Part shown: positions 34,401 through 44,380 of the stretch, in pieces
Position numbering within the stretch: position 1 is the stretch's first letter
Layout: every line of letters begins with the position of its first letter
NCBI GenBank assembly: GCA_963765495.1
Contig: CAVXWP010000008.1
Coordinates: 879,534 to 943,533 of the forward strand
Source of the DNA: Blastocatellia bacterium
GTDB taxonomy: Bacteria; Acidobacteriota; Blastocatellia; UBA7656
Length of the DNA: 64,000 nt
Direction of reading: 5' to 3'
Notes under the pieces: generated by a model
Databases searched by the model: none
Told to the model about the DNA's origin: nothing
What the model saw: the letters and a program-made list of their open reading frames with translations, nothing else
Made by a program: the position numbers and the translations under genes

Positions 34401-34892
34401 CAGTTGATTTACATCCTGAAATATCGGAAGCTGGATGACCTTTCGATCATCAAAACTCTTGCCCAGTTGAGAAGTGGTCTTCTCGACAAGTTCGGCTGCG
34501 CCGCCTGCGGTGACGGTCACAACTTCGGAGACTGAGCCGGGCTCTAGCGTTGCCGTGAGGTCGGTCACGCGGTTGAGTTGGACCTGCACTTCGGCATTGG
34601 AGTAGGTCTTGAAACTGTCTGCTTCAATCGTGACAGTATAGATTCCGACAGGGACATTGTTAATTCTGAATGAACCGTTATCGGCGGCCTCAACGGTCCA
34701 GGTTCTTCCGGTCGCGTTATTTTTTGCAATGACCTTCGCAGAGGCTATGACTGCCCCTTGCGCATCCTGAACCGTACCTGCGATTGTGCCGTCGGTAGTA
34801 CCCTGAGCGTGAGCGAGGGCCTGTGCAGCCAGGACAAGCGTCAATATCAGGCTCAGGAAAGAGTGAGCGGATATTCTTGATCTTGCTCTCAT
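31470..34892 (-). CDS. TonB-dependent receptor (Oar-like)
   Basis: GTVQDAQGAVI, FSAEFGHSSAG..TKSGTNDFHG, NNFAPRIGFAW, C-terminal RYSF. Confidence 0.93.
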   Translation of the reverse strand: MRARSRISAHSFLSLILTLVLAAQALAHAQGTTDGTIAGTVQDAQGAVIASAKVIAKNNATGRTWTVEAADNGSFRINNVPVGIYTVTIEADSFKTYSNAEVQVQLNRVTDLTATLEPGSVSEVVTVTAGGAAELVEKTTSQLGKSFDDRKVIQLPIFQDVNQLALLSPNVTNQGSGVDGVGGSVGGNRPRNNSFTLDGIDNNDITLTGPQIAPIQDAVKEFTVLTNQFSAEFGHSSAGQFNTITKSGTNDFHGDLWWYNINKYLRSLDHRFKEQIAAGAQPDSRPRDDFNRVGGDFGGPIFKDKLFFFGAFQYQTRGQAGSTQTFGAPTSQGFSILESIPGISPFTLDLLRSHVSPAAVSDGTINVLGRQVPTGQLLVLVPSFYNLYQWHANIDYNISQSDRLYGRFFYDRFRQPNLGTPGPEFTGSLANDNRLVSLTEIHEFNTDLLNEFRFGYRRQVQDFTVPDAFADFPGLNIDELGLIIGPEENSPQGGTTNVYQYVDTMSWIKGRHQTKFGADFRNAIAPQVFLPRGRGEYSYRTLEDFLRDIKPTGSNGGLRGVGSGAFAGNQWAIYGFFQDDFKWRPNLTINLGLRYEYTSNARDAGLQALNSIANVSADDPVLEQIRQRTGLTGLFPDGINFRVPKTDKNNFAPRIGFAWAPEFHSGWLKRAFGDAGQSSIRGGFSMGYDVLFQNLVLLQLPPQFQQEIDASTGSGGVFGSDTNFLQNGGIPSGTVPPEFFTDRDLARAFTQGMIFDTQTPYTLSWSLSLQREFLRNWSIEARYLGTRGLHLFMQQRLNSGFPPSFNLPTFLSQSEIPAAAALRNLPSQQDFIDAQKRVLSDLGFLQNFTVFPAQGTSIYHGGSLSVKRRFASGLTLDASYTYSRTIDNITNELFTSFVNPRRPQNHFDLRSERGESTLSRPHRLVVGWIYELPFYRNERGFRGQALGNWQISGVYQAESGQPVDALSFNDANGDFDNAGDRTVLNLNGDPRRGTDVNWVLRNGQVVPRDSADPSQVVGYVAADPNAQFVFADTGAKANAGRNLLRAPGLNNWDISIFKRFPISEKKQLEFRAEFYNAFNHPQFIIDDPFSLDYVNVTSNRFQDARLFSGTPRYADPTNDPVGSILNSNPRVIQLVLRYSF

Positions 34893-35254
34893 TTTAGTGC
34901 CTCCTGATTCTATGTTCCGCCTGTGGCAGGTGATGCTCGGAACCTCTACACAACTCCGGCACCACTTATTTGCAACGGGCTTTGCCACGGCGGTCAAGCG
35001 ATGAAAAAGTTTAGGATGCGCGGCTCGCAGATAGAACACCTTTGGGACAGAGGCGGTTTAATTTGGGATGGGAGTGTAAAATGTTGAGATAATGTCTGTG
35101 GATATCGAGCCTGAATCTGGCCGGTTTCAAGAATTTGTTCTTATCTCAATTTCTTGAATAAATATGATTACAAAAATGAAGGTTGAAATGGCGTTGATAA
35201 ACTCGTCGGAATCGGTCTGCGGTACAGAGCGGATGCCGATAGCCTGCCGAGCGG

Positions 35255-36034
35255 CTACAGCGGGCGTCCGAGGAATTCATTCAGTTTTTCACGATAGCTT
35301 CGTGAAAGAGTCAATTCCACACCGTCTTGAAGCACTATGCGATATTCTCCGTGAAACCACGGCTGTAACTCTTGTATGCGGTCAATATTGACTATGGCCG
35401 AGCGATGGACTCGCAAGAAGCTCCTCGGGTCAAGCTGGCTCTCCATAGAGCTTATAGTTTCGCGCAGCAAATAGCTCTCTTTTCCCACATGCAATCTGAC
35501 ATAGTTGCCTTCGGCCTCGATCCAGTCGATCTCTTCGGCCTTGATAAAAAATATATGCCCGTTTGTCTTTATAACGAGCCTGTCCGTATGCACCGGACGC
35601 GATTTGATCTCTTCGAGCGCCGACAGGATTCTGGTGTTGAGGTTTCCGCTTGTCTTGTTGAGTATTTGAGATTTGGCTCGACGAACGGCCGTTTCAAAGC
35701 GCTCCCGGTCAAATGGCTTCAGCAGATAATCGAGCGCGTAGACCTCAAAAGCTCTCACCGCATACTGATCATAGGCGGTGACAAATATGACTGCGGGCAT
35801 GGCGTCTGAGTTCACACATTGCAGGACGCCAAAACCATCTCTCTCCGGCATCTGCACATCGAGAAAGATCAAATCTGGTGAAAGCCGACAGACCGCCTCC
35901 ACCGCCTCGGTTCCATTGGCGCATTCTCCGACGACCTCGATATCGGAATCGTTCTCAAGCATGTCGCGAATCCTCTCGCGAGCAAGCTGTTCGTCATCGA
36001 CGATCAATACTCGTATATCCTTCTCCCCGACCAT
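35255..36034 (-). CDS. LytTR family response regulator
   Basis: IVDDE, FLDVQMP, DYLLKPF, FLRVHRSAIVN, SRSY. Confidence 0.95.
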   Translation of the reverse strand: MVGEKDIRVLIVDDEQLARERIRDMLENDSDIEVVGECANGTEAVEAVCRLSPDLIFLDVQMPERDGFGVLQCVNSDAMPAVIFVTAYDQYAVRAFEVYALDYLLKPFDRERFETAVRRAKSQILNKTSGNLNTRILSALEEIKSRPVHTDRLVIKTNGHIFFIKAEEIDWIEAEGNYVRLHVGKESYLLRETISSMESQLDPRSFLRVHRSAIVNIDRIQELQPWFHGEYRIVLQDGVELTLSRSYREKLNEFLGRPL

Positions 36035-36097
36035 ATGGACGCTCCTTTACGCCTATTAACGCACAAAGGTTCGGGTTGGTTCGATTTTGCGTGAATT

Positions 36098-37192
36098 TTA
36101 TTTAAAAGGGATCTCGAGCGTAACGGTTAGTCCGCCCGTTGGGGCGTTTTCCAGATCGAGGCGGTGAGCATTGCCGTAGATCTGCTGTAATCTGGCCTGG
36201 GTATTCCCAAGACCTACACCCTCTTTGATGATACTGCTGGAACTCCCGTTTGTCGGGATTCCGGGACCGTTGTCGAGCACCTGCACCTGCAGAAAGCCAT
36301 CAAGCCGTCGGGCTTCAATACCTATGCGTCCAGGACAGGACCTCGGCGCAATGCCATGCCGTATCGCATTTTCGACTATCGGCTGGAGGATCAGATTTGG
36401 CAGCCTTGCATTGAGCGTCTCAGGTTCGATATCGAGGCTCACCATAAGCCGGTCTTGAAATCTGATTCGCTCGATCTCGAGATAGCTCTTGAGAAATTCC
36501 AGTTCCTGCTGAAGCGATACTTCCTGAGTCCCGGAGTTTTCCAGCGTCATACGCAGAAAATCACCGAGACGGGCAATCATCTTGTCGGCTGCGTTGATGT
36601 CCTTATAAAGAAGCGCGGAAATGGAATGTAGAGTGTTGAACAGGAAATGAGGATGAAGTTGCATCTTTAGCGCGCGGAGTTCGGCCTGCGCCAACTGGGC
36701 TTCGAGCGTCGAAGCCTTCGTTTCGCCTTCTCGATAACGATGATAATAGCCAAAAGCGTAGCTTATAAGCAGGATCAGCCAGTAAATCAGCACGCCGTAA
36801 TCAAATATCAGGTAAACATTCAAGAGCAGTTTCGTCACCGACAGCGGGCGTTCGCGCGCCAGTATCAGATAATAAAATAGAAGGTCGTGTAGTATTCTGG
36901 TCGAAAACCCTATGATGAGACTCGCAAAGACATGAACGGTGAGATTGCGAAACCAGGAGCCGCGCTCAATGCGAAAACGATGTCCAAGCCATAAAATCAA
37001 CGGGGTCAAAGCGGCCCAGACATAGGCATGCGTTATCTCAAGAAAGACAAGGCGGAACCACTGTATGGGCATGTCGGAGCGGGAGTATGCAATAAACAAT
37101 TGACTGGCTACGAACCCGCCAAAGAGGGTCCAGACGCCGAGTATTACAACCCCTCGGAACCAGCGACGCTGCCATAGTCTCTCTATTTCCAT
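36098..37192 (-). CDS. LytS/YehU-type sensor histidine kinase
   Basis: TM region; LKMQLHPHFLFNTL, LQPIVENAIRHG, DNGPG, GVGLGN. Confidence 0.94.
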   Translation of the reverse strand: MEIERLWQRRWFRGVVILGVWTLFGGFVASQLFIAYSRSDMPIQWFRLVFLEITHAYVWAALTPLILWLGHRFRIERGSWFRNLTVHVFASLIIGFSTRILHDLLFYYLILARERPLSVTKLLLNVYLIFDYGVLIYWLILLISYAFGYYHRYREGETKASTLEAQLAQAELRALKMQLHPHFLFNTLHSISALLYKDINAADKMIARLGDFLRMTLENSGTQEVSLQQELEFLKSYLEIERIRFQDRLMVSLDIEPETLNARLPNLILQPIVENAIRHGIAPRSCPGRIGIEARRLDGFLQVQVLDNGPGIPTNGSSSSIIKEGVGLGNTQARLQQIYGNAHRLDLENAPTGGLTVTLEIPFK

Positions 37193-37994
37193 CTGTTTAT
37201 CAGCAGAATATATCACATCCCCGGCGCAAGCCCTCGTGACGAGGGCGAAACCATCCGGCCTTTTCCCTTCAAAGAATTCAACGCCGAAAAGGGTAATTAG
37301 TTGAGAAATGCCTGGTCTCAAACGGGTGGATCGAAGCAGTCCTTGCTATTGAACAACTCCTCCGATTTATGGCCGCAAGTCTCATTTTCTCTGCTGAAAA
37401 AGAATGAGCCTCGCACTTTCAAATCTGTAAACCGACTTCATGATGATGAATTCTCATTCTAATGCCTTGCGACCTGACCGGCAAACAAACATGGGACGAA
37501 ACGGCTCAATGATGTGATAAGCCGGTTCCGACAAAAGCTCAGAGGCGGATGTGTCTCTTGATGATCAGATCGCCTTTGCCTCAACGCGAGCGTCAATCAC
37601 CCGGTCTCATTTATAAGTATCCGTAACCCTCGCTCAGAAATATTCTCAAATTGACTATGCCGGCAAGTCGTCTCGTTGACCCCTTGAACCACCGCCTCAT
37701 CCGGGATTTGAGATTTGAGATTTGTGAGATCAAAGATTGATCGCAAGATTACGAAATAAATTTCCAATCTGCTCAATCTCTTGTGCCCTATCCTCGATCC
37801 AATAGATTGGCTTTGATTCAATAATTTGTTATGTATTTTTAACCATTAGCCATTAAAGTTAGATAAAACGTCCGAAAATATGAATAAAAATCCATGCTTC
37901 TGGATGAATAGAGAATTCAGATGGAAGTAGAGGCGGAAAGTTAAACACTCTACATACAGCAAGATAGAGAGGATTGTGGCAGTTTTTTTTGGTC

Positions 37995-38010
37995 GGGCAT
38001 AGTTGTTGCA
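37995..38010 (+). promoter_or_regulatory. Probable sigma-54 promoter upstream of TBDR 3
   Basis: GGGCATAGTTGTTGCA: GG-N10-GC spacing with TTGCA, preceded by an AT-rich region. Confidence 0.55.
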
Positions 38011-38198
38011 CCATTTTGAAGAGAGACTACTATTTCCATTTCAACGAATACCGTTCAGGTCAGGCCTCTGCCGGTTTTCCGTCCGAGCGCCATTTTGTTG
38101 GATGAGTTTGTTTATCGAAAGAAGGGCGGTTCCGCAAGCCTCTCAAGTATTCAATTTTGTGATCGAATGCGGGACTTTCCTACAATGGAGGAGCTTCA

Positions 38199-41100
38199 AT
38201 GAAAAAAATGAAAGCAATAGGCAGTATCGCCTTGCTGCTTCTTCTCTTGCTCGGTCCCGAGGCCTCTGCTTTTGCAGCGGCGACGGCTCGCGCGCAGGAG
38301 GTATTTGGAAACATCGAAGGAACTGTAAAGGACTCTAGCGGCGCGGTTATTCCCGATGTAGCTGTTGTCGCAAAGAGTACGCAACGCAGCTACTCTGTGA
38401 CCACAGACGATGCAGGTGCTTACAGATTCAACAACCTGCTGCCTGGCCTCTACACGGTCACTGTGAGCGGAACCGGATTTGGCGCAGTGAAGAGAGACGC
38501 TATAAGCGTCGAGATAGGCCGCACACTGCAAGTCAATTTCGAAATGAATCCCGTAGCTGCCGGGGAGAGCGTCACCATAACGGCTTCCGATCAGCCGATT
38601 GTTGACGTAACCTCTACCAAAACGGCTACCAACATCACCGAGCAAAAGATTGATGTACTGCCAAAGAATCTGAATTTCACATCTGTTCTTGAGGTTGCTC
38701 CCGGCACTCGCAAAGAGGACCGGACAGGTGGATTTCAGGTAGACGGCGCGTCGGCTTCGGAAAACGTCTTTATCATTGATGGCGTTGAAGTGACCAATAT
38801 TCTGGGCGGCACGCTTGGCGGCAAGGATTCGGAAGCCAGCAAGAACATACCGCTCGACTTTGTAAAAGAAGTGCAGGTAAAGAGCGCAGGTTACGAGGCC
38901 GAGTTTGGCGGCGCGACAGGCGGCGTCTTTAACGTAGTCACAAAGAGCGGAACAAATGATTACCACGGCGAATTCAGGCTGGAATACGAATCATCGAGAT
39001 TTCGGGGAGACGACGCCCCCACCTTGAGATTTGACCCGCTCGACTTGAGCCAGCAGACGATAGAGTACTTTGATAATCCCAGGGGCAAGGACAAGAGGCG
39101 TCTTCTGAATCCGGTCGTAAGCATTGGCGGCCCGATTGTCAAAGACAAACTCTGGTTCTTTACAAGCTACGCGCCCCAGTTCTTCCGCCAGCGGCGCTTC
39201 ATCGATCTGATCCAGGACCCCAACATTACCGTAGCAAATGGCGGCAACAGTGTTGTGACCCTCGATGCAAACGAAGTGACCTACAAGCAGAAGTCAGACT
39301 ATTTCATAGGCAGGCTCGATTATTCACCGACTTCGAAACTGTCTTTGTACGGCAGTTTTATCAACAGCCCTGTAAAAACGGAAGGGCCTTCTGATGTAGA
39401 TTTAGGCGGCATCTCTTTATTGCAGCGGCAGACCAGCAGCATAAACGAGTTCAGGGGCAATATCGCTGGCGAGCCTTCGCTTTATCCGCTTCAGGGCGGT
39501 TATACGCCTTCGTGGCAGGCCGCGGGCGGGGCTATCTGGAACATCACCGACAAGATAATTTTCAGCTTCAGGGGCGGGCACACCTACCTCAACGATAAGG
39601 CTGGAAGTTACGGTTTGCCGACCGACAGGGCGCTCTTTATTATCAACGCAGGCCGCGCTTGCAGCAGCACGGTCACAGTGCCTGCCGGATTGTCTTGCAA
39701 TCCCAACACGACCTCGGCAGGATTCCCGACCGGTCTTACAGTTCAGACCATAGCGACAAAAGACATCACAACCCGCACGAATCTGAATTTCGACGGTACC
39801 TTCATAGCTCGCTTCCTTGGACAGCAGCATATATTCAAGGGCGGCTATCAGGTGAACCGTCTGGCCAACGACGTGGACCGCTCTTTCCTTGGCGGCGCGA
39901 GATTGACATTCCTCTTCGGCGCATCGAGACCGGATCAGTTTACGGGCGAGAATCGCAGAGGAAGCTATGGTTATTACATCGTTGATGACGTGCAGACCAG
40001 AGGCAAAGTCAACAGCACAAACCAGGGGCTCTTTATTCAGGATTCCTGGCAGGTACATCCGCGTTTGACTTTGAATCTTGGTCTTCGCTCCGAAAAAGAG
40101 TTTCTGCCTGCGTTCCCGCTTATCCCCGAGTTCCATCCCGGCCTCTCGGCGGAGCAACTCGCGGGGGCTTCGACAAAACCGATTGACTTCGGTTGGGGCG
40201 ACAAGCTCGCGCCGCGTTTCGGTGGAGCATGGGACGTATTTGGCAACGGCAAACTGAAGATTTCAGGCAGCTTTAGCCTCTTCTATGACACGATGAAATA
40301 CGAGATTGCGCGCGGTTCATTCGGCGGCGAAAAGTTTATTCGCACCCGCCGAGAATTGAACACGTCCGACATCTTCGGTTTCAACGTCAACAACACACCG
40401 GGCGCTATCATCACAGGCCCGTCAGACCTCCGATTCCCCTCGAATCTGGCAGGCGAAGACAACGGGATAGACCCGGACCTCAAACCTTACCGCGAGCGTG
40501 AATACACGGGAAGCGTAGACTATGCGCTAAACAACAACCTGGTGCTGAGCGCCCGCCTTACCCGGAAGAAACTTGACCGCGCGATTGAAGACATCGGCTT
40601 CTCGGATTCGACCGGAACCGAATTCTTCACAATCGGCAATCCCGGTTTTGGCCTTACGGCCTCAAACGTTCCCCCGACGCCGAAAGCGACGAGGAAATAC
40701 ACGGGTCTGGAGATTCGCCTCGACAAGCGGTTCTCAAACAACTGGTATGCAAACCTCTCTTATGTTTACAGCAAACTGAGGGGCAACTACTCAGGTTTGT
40801 CGAACTCGGATGAAGTGAGCACAGTGACAGGTCTTGGCCGCACGGACCCGAACGTGAGCAGGAATTTCGACCTGCCGTTCCTGAACTTCGATACGTTTGG
40901 CAACATCGTCGAAGGAGTGCTGCCCACGGACCGCCCAAGCACCTTCAAGGCTTTTGCGGCATATCGCTTCAACTACACCGGGTTGGGCAAGGGGATGAGC
41001 ACAGAGATCGGCGGGTCTCAGTTTATCTATCAGGGAACGCCGGTTACGACCTCCGTAAACGCTTTTGTTGACGGAAGCAGCGCCAACGCATTCGTTCTTG

Positions 41101-41420
41101 GTCGCGGTGATGCCGGTCGTCTGAATGTGTTCACACAGACAGATTTGATCGTGACTCACTACATCAATGTCTCTGAGCGCGTCAGGCTCAGATTCTCGGC
41201 GAATGTGCTGAATCTGTTCAACGAGCGGAACGAAACCGACAGGTGGACGACTCTTACCGCTCCGGGTGTGACAATAGCCTACAATGACTTGCAGGACTAT
41301 CTGACCTCACAGGGCGACTTCCGGTCTCGCCCCGGGTTTGCCGAAGATCCGCGATTCAATAAATCGAGCTTCTTCCAGACCCCTATTCGAGCGCGATTTG
41401 CCTTTGGCGTTCAGTTCTAA
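38199..41420 (+). CDS. TonB-dependent receptor (Oar-like)
   Basis: GTVKDSSGAVI, AEFGGATGGV..TKSGTNDYHG, APRFGGAWD, C-terminal VQF. Confidence 0.93.
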   Translation: MKKMKAIGSIALLLLLLLGPEASAFAAATARAQEVFGNIEGTVKDSSGAVIPDVAVVAKSTQRSYSVTTDDAGAYRFNNLLPGLYTVTVSGTGFGAVKRDAISVEIGRTLQVNFEMNPVAAGESVTITASDQPIVDVTSTKTATNITEQKIDVLPKNLNFTSVLEVAPGTRKEDRTGGFQVDGASASENVFIIDGVEVTNILGGTLGGKDSEASKNIPLDFVKEVQVKSAGYEAEFGGATGGVFNVVTKSGTNDYHGEFRLEYESSRFRGDDAPTLRFDPLDLSQQTIEYFDNPRGKDKRRLLNPVVSIGGPIVKDKLWFFTSYAPQFFRQRRFIDLIQDPNITVANGGNSVVTLDANEVTYKQKSDYFIGRLDYSPTSKLSLYGSFINSPVKTEGPSDVDLGGISLLQRQTSSINEFRGNIAGEPSLYPLQGGYTPSWQAAGGAIWNITDKIIFSFRGGHTYLNDKAGSYGLPTDRALFIINAGRACSSTVTVPAGLSCNPNTTSAGFPTGLTVQTIATKDITTRTNLNFDGTFIARFLGQQHIFKGGYQVNRLANDVDRSFLGGARLTFLFGASRPDQFTGENRRGSYGYYIVDDVQTRGKVNSTNQGLFIQDSWQVHPRLTLNLGLRSEKEFLPAFPLIPEFHPGLSAEQLAGASTKPIDFGWGDKLAPRFGGAWDVFGNGKLKISGSFSLFYDTMKYEIARGSFGGEKFIRTRRELNTSDIFGFNVNNTPGAIITGPSDLRFPSNLAGEDNGIDPDLKPYREREYTGSVDYALNNNLVLSARLTRKKLDRAIEDIGFSDSTGTEFFTIGNPGFGLTASNVPPTPKATRKYTGLEIRLDKRFSNNWYANLSYVYSKLRGNYSGLSNSDEVSTVTGLGRTDPNVSRNFDLPFLNFDTFGNIVEGVLPTDRPSTFKAFAAYRFNYTGLGKGMSTEIGGSQFIYQGTPVTTSVNAFVDGSSANAFVLGRGDAGRLNVFTQTDLIVTHYINVSERVRLRFSANVLNLFNERNETDRWTTLTAPGVTIAYNDLQDYLTSQGDFRSRPGFAEDPRFNKSSFFQTPIRARFAFGVQF

Positions 41421-41449
41421 GCTCGGGCCATCTGGCTGATGCTTGAACC

Positions 41450-41487
41450 TCTGCCCGCTCTCTAGCGTGAGGGCGGGCAGATTTTTT
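41450..41487 (+). terminator. Rho-independent terminator after TBDR 3
   Basis: TCTGCCCGCTCTC..GAGGGCGGGCAGA followed by T6. Confidence 0.8.
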
Positions 41488-41514
41488 GTATCTATCGAGA
41501 GCAGTGAGGATCTT

Positions 41515-41583
41515 GCCACAGAGGCACCGCAGACACGGAGATTATTTACGATCTTTTCTCTGTGTCTGCGGTGCCTCTGTGGC
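41515..41583. repeat. Palindrome of 9-bp units (same family as 12951)
   Basis: gccacagaggcaccgcagacacggaga ... tctctgtgtctgcggtgcctctgtggc. Confidence 0.8.
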
Positions 41584-41629
41584 TATTATTTACTCGTACG
41601 AGTTTTGCTGTTTTCAGAATCGAGGCGAG

Positions 41630-42655
41630 TTATGATTTGGCTCTTTGTCGCAACCGCGCTACAAGTGCCTCGTATTTCTTGCGCTGTTCGGCGTACTCAT
41701 CGGTCTTCGGGATGGCCTTTACATAGTTTTCCAGCGCGTCGGCCGCCTTTGTGAACTGGTTGTCTTTGCTGTAGAGGGCCGCAAGGTGAAGATAGACGGC
41801 GGGGATTTGATGATCGGCAAGCCGCGAAGCGTTCTCGAATACCTGTATGGCTTCGGCTCGCGTCTCGTCACTTTTGGCCAGTTCCATCCCCAGCCTCATA
41901 TTCGTGTTGACGGAGTTCGGGTTCAATTGGAGCGAATGACGCAGGCTTTTGATTCCTTCGGCTTCCTGTTTCAACTCGATCTGGCTCACGCCAAGCACAT
42001 AAAAACTTCGCCACGCGCCTTTGTTTACTTCGGTCGCGTGCACGAGGACGGGCAGCGCCGATTCATACTGATGACGCTCCGCATAGTGATTGCCCAACAA
42101 TTCGAGCGCGTCGAAATAATCCGGGAAGATTTTGATCGCGCGATTAAGGGCCTCGATAGCCATGTCGGAATCCTTATCTTCGAGGCTCTTGACCCCGCGA
42201 ATATATTCCTGTCGCGCTTCGGGCGGAATCTCCTGAGAAAAGACCGTACCGGCGGGCGCAGTAGGAAGCTTGCTCGACGCGTCCTCAATTCGCTTAAGAA
42301 CGAAATCTACGCGAAAAATCTCGCCCCCTGTCGCCTGCCCGTTTGGTGCTCTCCGCGCGTTGAAGGGATTCGCATCGACGCGCTGAGTCTGCCTCTCGTA
42401 TCCTTTTCCGACAGGGTCCACCTCGACATAGTAGATACCGCTTGAAACGTTTTGAAATTGATAACGCCCCGACCCGTCCGTGTAGCCTTGCGCGACCGGC
42501 GAGTAGGTATCACTTTGAAGAAAGACTCGTACATTGTCGAGCGGTCTGCGGTTGTCGGCCCTGACAAATCCTTCGATTGTGTTTCGGGTCTGGGCAGCAG
42601 AGGCCGGAGGCAATCCAAGAAGTAGAATGGCACTGGCGCAGAAGGCTAAAAACAT
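41630..42655 (-). CDS. Secreted carboxypeptidase-regulatory-like domain + TPR protein
   Basis: TDGSGRYQF..GIYYVEV followed by TPR helices; SD AGGAGG. Confidence 0.85.
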   Translation of the reverse strand: MFLAFCASAILLLGLPPASAAQTRNTIEGFVRADNRRPLDNVRVFLQSDTYSPVAQGYTDGSGRYQFQNVSSGIYYVEVDPVGKGYERQTQRVDANPFNARRAPNGQATGGEIFRVDFVLKRIEDASSKLPTAPAGTVFSQEIPPEARQEYIRGVKSLEDKDSDMAIEALNRAIKIFPDYFDALELLGNHYAERHQYESALPVLVHATEVNKGAWRSFYVLGVSQIELKQEAEGIKSLRHSLQLNPNSVNTNMRLGMELAKSDETRAEAIQVFENASRLADHQIPAVYLHLAALYSKDNQFTKAADALENYVKAIPKTDEYAEQRKKYEALVARLRQRAKS

Positions 42656-42742
42656 GACCACACCTCCTATTTCACGCATTAAAATCTCAGGTCTGAAATT
42701 CCAAATTCTAAATCTCAAGTCTCGAGTCTCAGGTTGGCTCGA

Positions 42743-43840
42743 TCAATCCGCTTCCCCGGCAAACGAGATACCGAGATCACGTGACACTCCGATCAGATAG
42801 TGGTTCGCGGGGACGACCTTTAGTGAGGCTATACATTCATCCAGAGGTCTTGTGACCAGATCTCCGCAATGCAGGGCTACCATGTGCCCAAACTTGCCAT
42901 GCTCGATGGCTCGCACGGCAGCAGACCCGTAACACGACGCCAGCACCCGGTCAAAAGATGTAGGGCTCCCGCCCCTCTGCAAGTGGCCGAGCACAACCAC
43001 ACGGCTTTCCTTGTTTGTCAGACGTGTGATGTCTTGAGCCACCTGTTCCGCGATTCCTCCCAGACGTGGAAGACGGTCCGTTGCCCCCGTTTCCTGATAA
43101 ACGTTCTGCCCGCCCGCTGGTTTCGCGCCTTCGGCCACGACGATGATAGAAAAATGGCGTCCCACGCTTTCGCGTTCCAGAACCTTGGCGGCTACCTTCT
43201 CGGCATAGAAAGGGATTTCGGGGATAAGTATAACATCAGCCCCCCCGGCTACGCCCGATTGCAGGGCGATCCATCCCACGTGACGGCCCATGACTTCGAC
43301 AAGAATAACGCGGTCGTGGCTTTCGGCTGTCGTGTGTAGGCGATCAATGGCATCGGTAGAAATATCGAGCGCCGTGTCGAAGCCAAAGGTCATATCGGTC
43401 CCGGCCAGATCGTTGTCGATAGTCTTTGGCACCCCAATGACCGGCAGGCCGAGTTTTGAAAATTCGTAGGCGATCATCTGTGACCCTTCCCCTCCAATGA
43501 CGATCAGGGCATTCAGACCCATGCGCTCGAAATTGTTTGCGGCCTCCTGATATGCCATTTCATCCTTGACCAGATGTCCGTCAATTATTCGCGTAGCGAA
43601 ATGGCCGCGATTGACGCTTCCAAGTATCGTCCCGCCGCGAGGCAACAGCCCTCTGACATCATCAGAGATGAGCGGGCGGACTCGCTTCTCAAGCAATCCC
43701 TCAAACCCGTCTTCGATGCCTATTACTTTCCAGCCATACACTCTGGTCGCGGTCTTGACCACCGCCCGGATGACCGCATTCAGACCGGGAGCATCCCCTC
43801 CTCCAGTCAAGATTCCGATTCTTTTTATCTCTTTTGCCAT
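42743..43840 (-). CDS. pfkA: 6-phosphofructokinase (PfkA family, mixed-substrate group)
   Basis: LTGGGDAPGLN, GGTILGS, PKTIDND, EVMGRHVGW, GHLQRGG. Confidence 0.95.
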   Translation of the reverse strand: MAKEIKRIGILTGGGDAPGLNAVIRAVVKTATRVYGWKVIGIEDGFEGLLEKRVRPLISDDVRGLLPRGGTILGSVNRGHFATRIIDGHLVKDEMAYQEAANNFERMGLNALIVIGGEGSQMIAYEFSKLGLPVIGVPKTIDNDLAGTDMTFGFDTALDISTDAIDRLHTTAESHDRVILVEVMGRHVGWIALQSGVAGGADVILIPEIPFYAEKVAAKVLERESVGRHFSIIVVAEGAKPAGGQNVYQETGATDRLPRLGGIAEQVAQDITRLTNKESRVVVLGHLQRGGSPTSFDRVLASCYGSAAVRAIEHGKFGHMVALHCGDLVTRPLDECIASLKVVPANHYLIGVSRDLGISFAGEAD

Positions 43841-44000
43841 CGAACCCTTTCCAATCTAAAACCCCGAGTTTCAGATTGTACCACACCCGATTTCCCTTGC
43901 GAGATGGAGAGGCTTACATCAAATTGCGGATATGCGTTCGCCCGGCTATTATGGCTCAAGATAAGTTCAGAAGCGGTTGATCAAATAAATAGGAGCATTG

Positions 44001-44372
44001 ATGCAACACTCGGAAGGTTTTTTAAATATCGTAAACGACGCTAAGAGCCGCGTGCGCGAGACAACTCCCGAAGAAGTGCGAAGGAGACAGGATGGAGGCG
44101 AAAAATTCCACCTCGTCGATGTACGCGAAGACAACGAATGGGAGAAAGGCCGCGCCAAAGGCGCTATCCATCTGGGCAAGGGCATTATCGAACGCGACAT
44201 CGAAAATGCCATTCCCACCCGCTCGGATGAAATCATTCTCTACTGCGGCGGCGGATACAGGTCTGCGCTCGCTGCCGATGCTCTTCAGAAGATGGGCTAT
44301 ACAAACGTTATCTCTATGGACGGTGGCTGGAAGCGATGGCGCGAACTCGGCTATCCCATAGAATCCGACTGA
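44001..44372 (+). CDS. Single-domain rhodanese/sulfurtransferase
   Basis: VDVRE..EW, LYCGGGYRSA, MDGGW. Confidence 0.92.
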   Translation: MQHSEGFLNIVNDAKSRVRETTPEEVRRRQDGGEKFHLVDVREDNEWEKGRAKGAIHLGKGIIERDIENAIPTRSDEIILYCGGGYRSALAADALQKMGYTNVISMDGGWKRWRELGYPIESD

Positions 44373-44380
44373 TTGTCATA

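Noticed and set aside
34970-34986. Sigma-54 promoter for TBDR 2 (TGGCAAAGCCCGTTGCA)
   Set aside because: GG-to-GC spacing is 11 nt rather than the required 10
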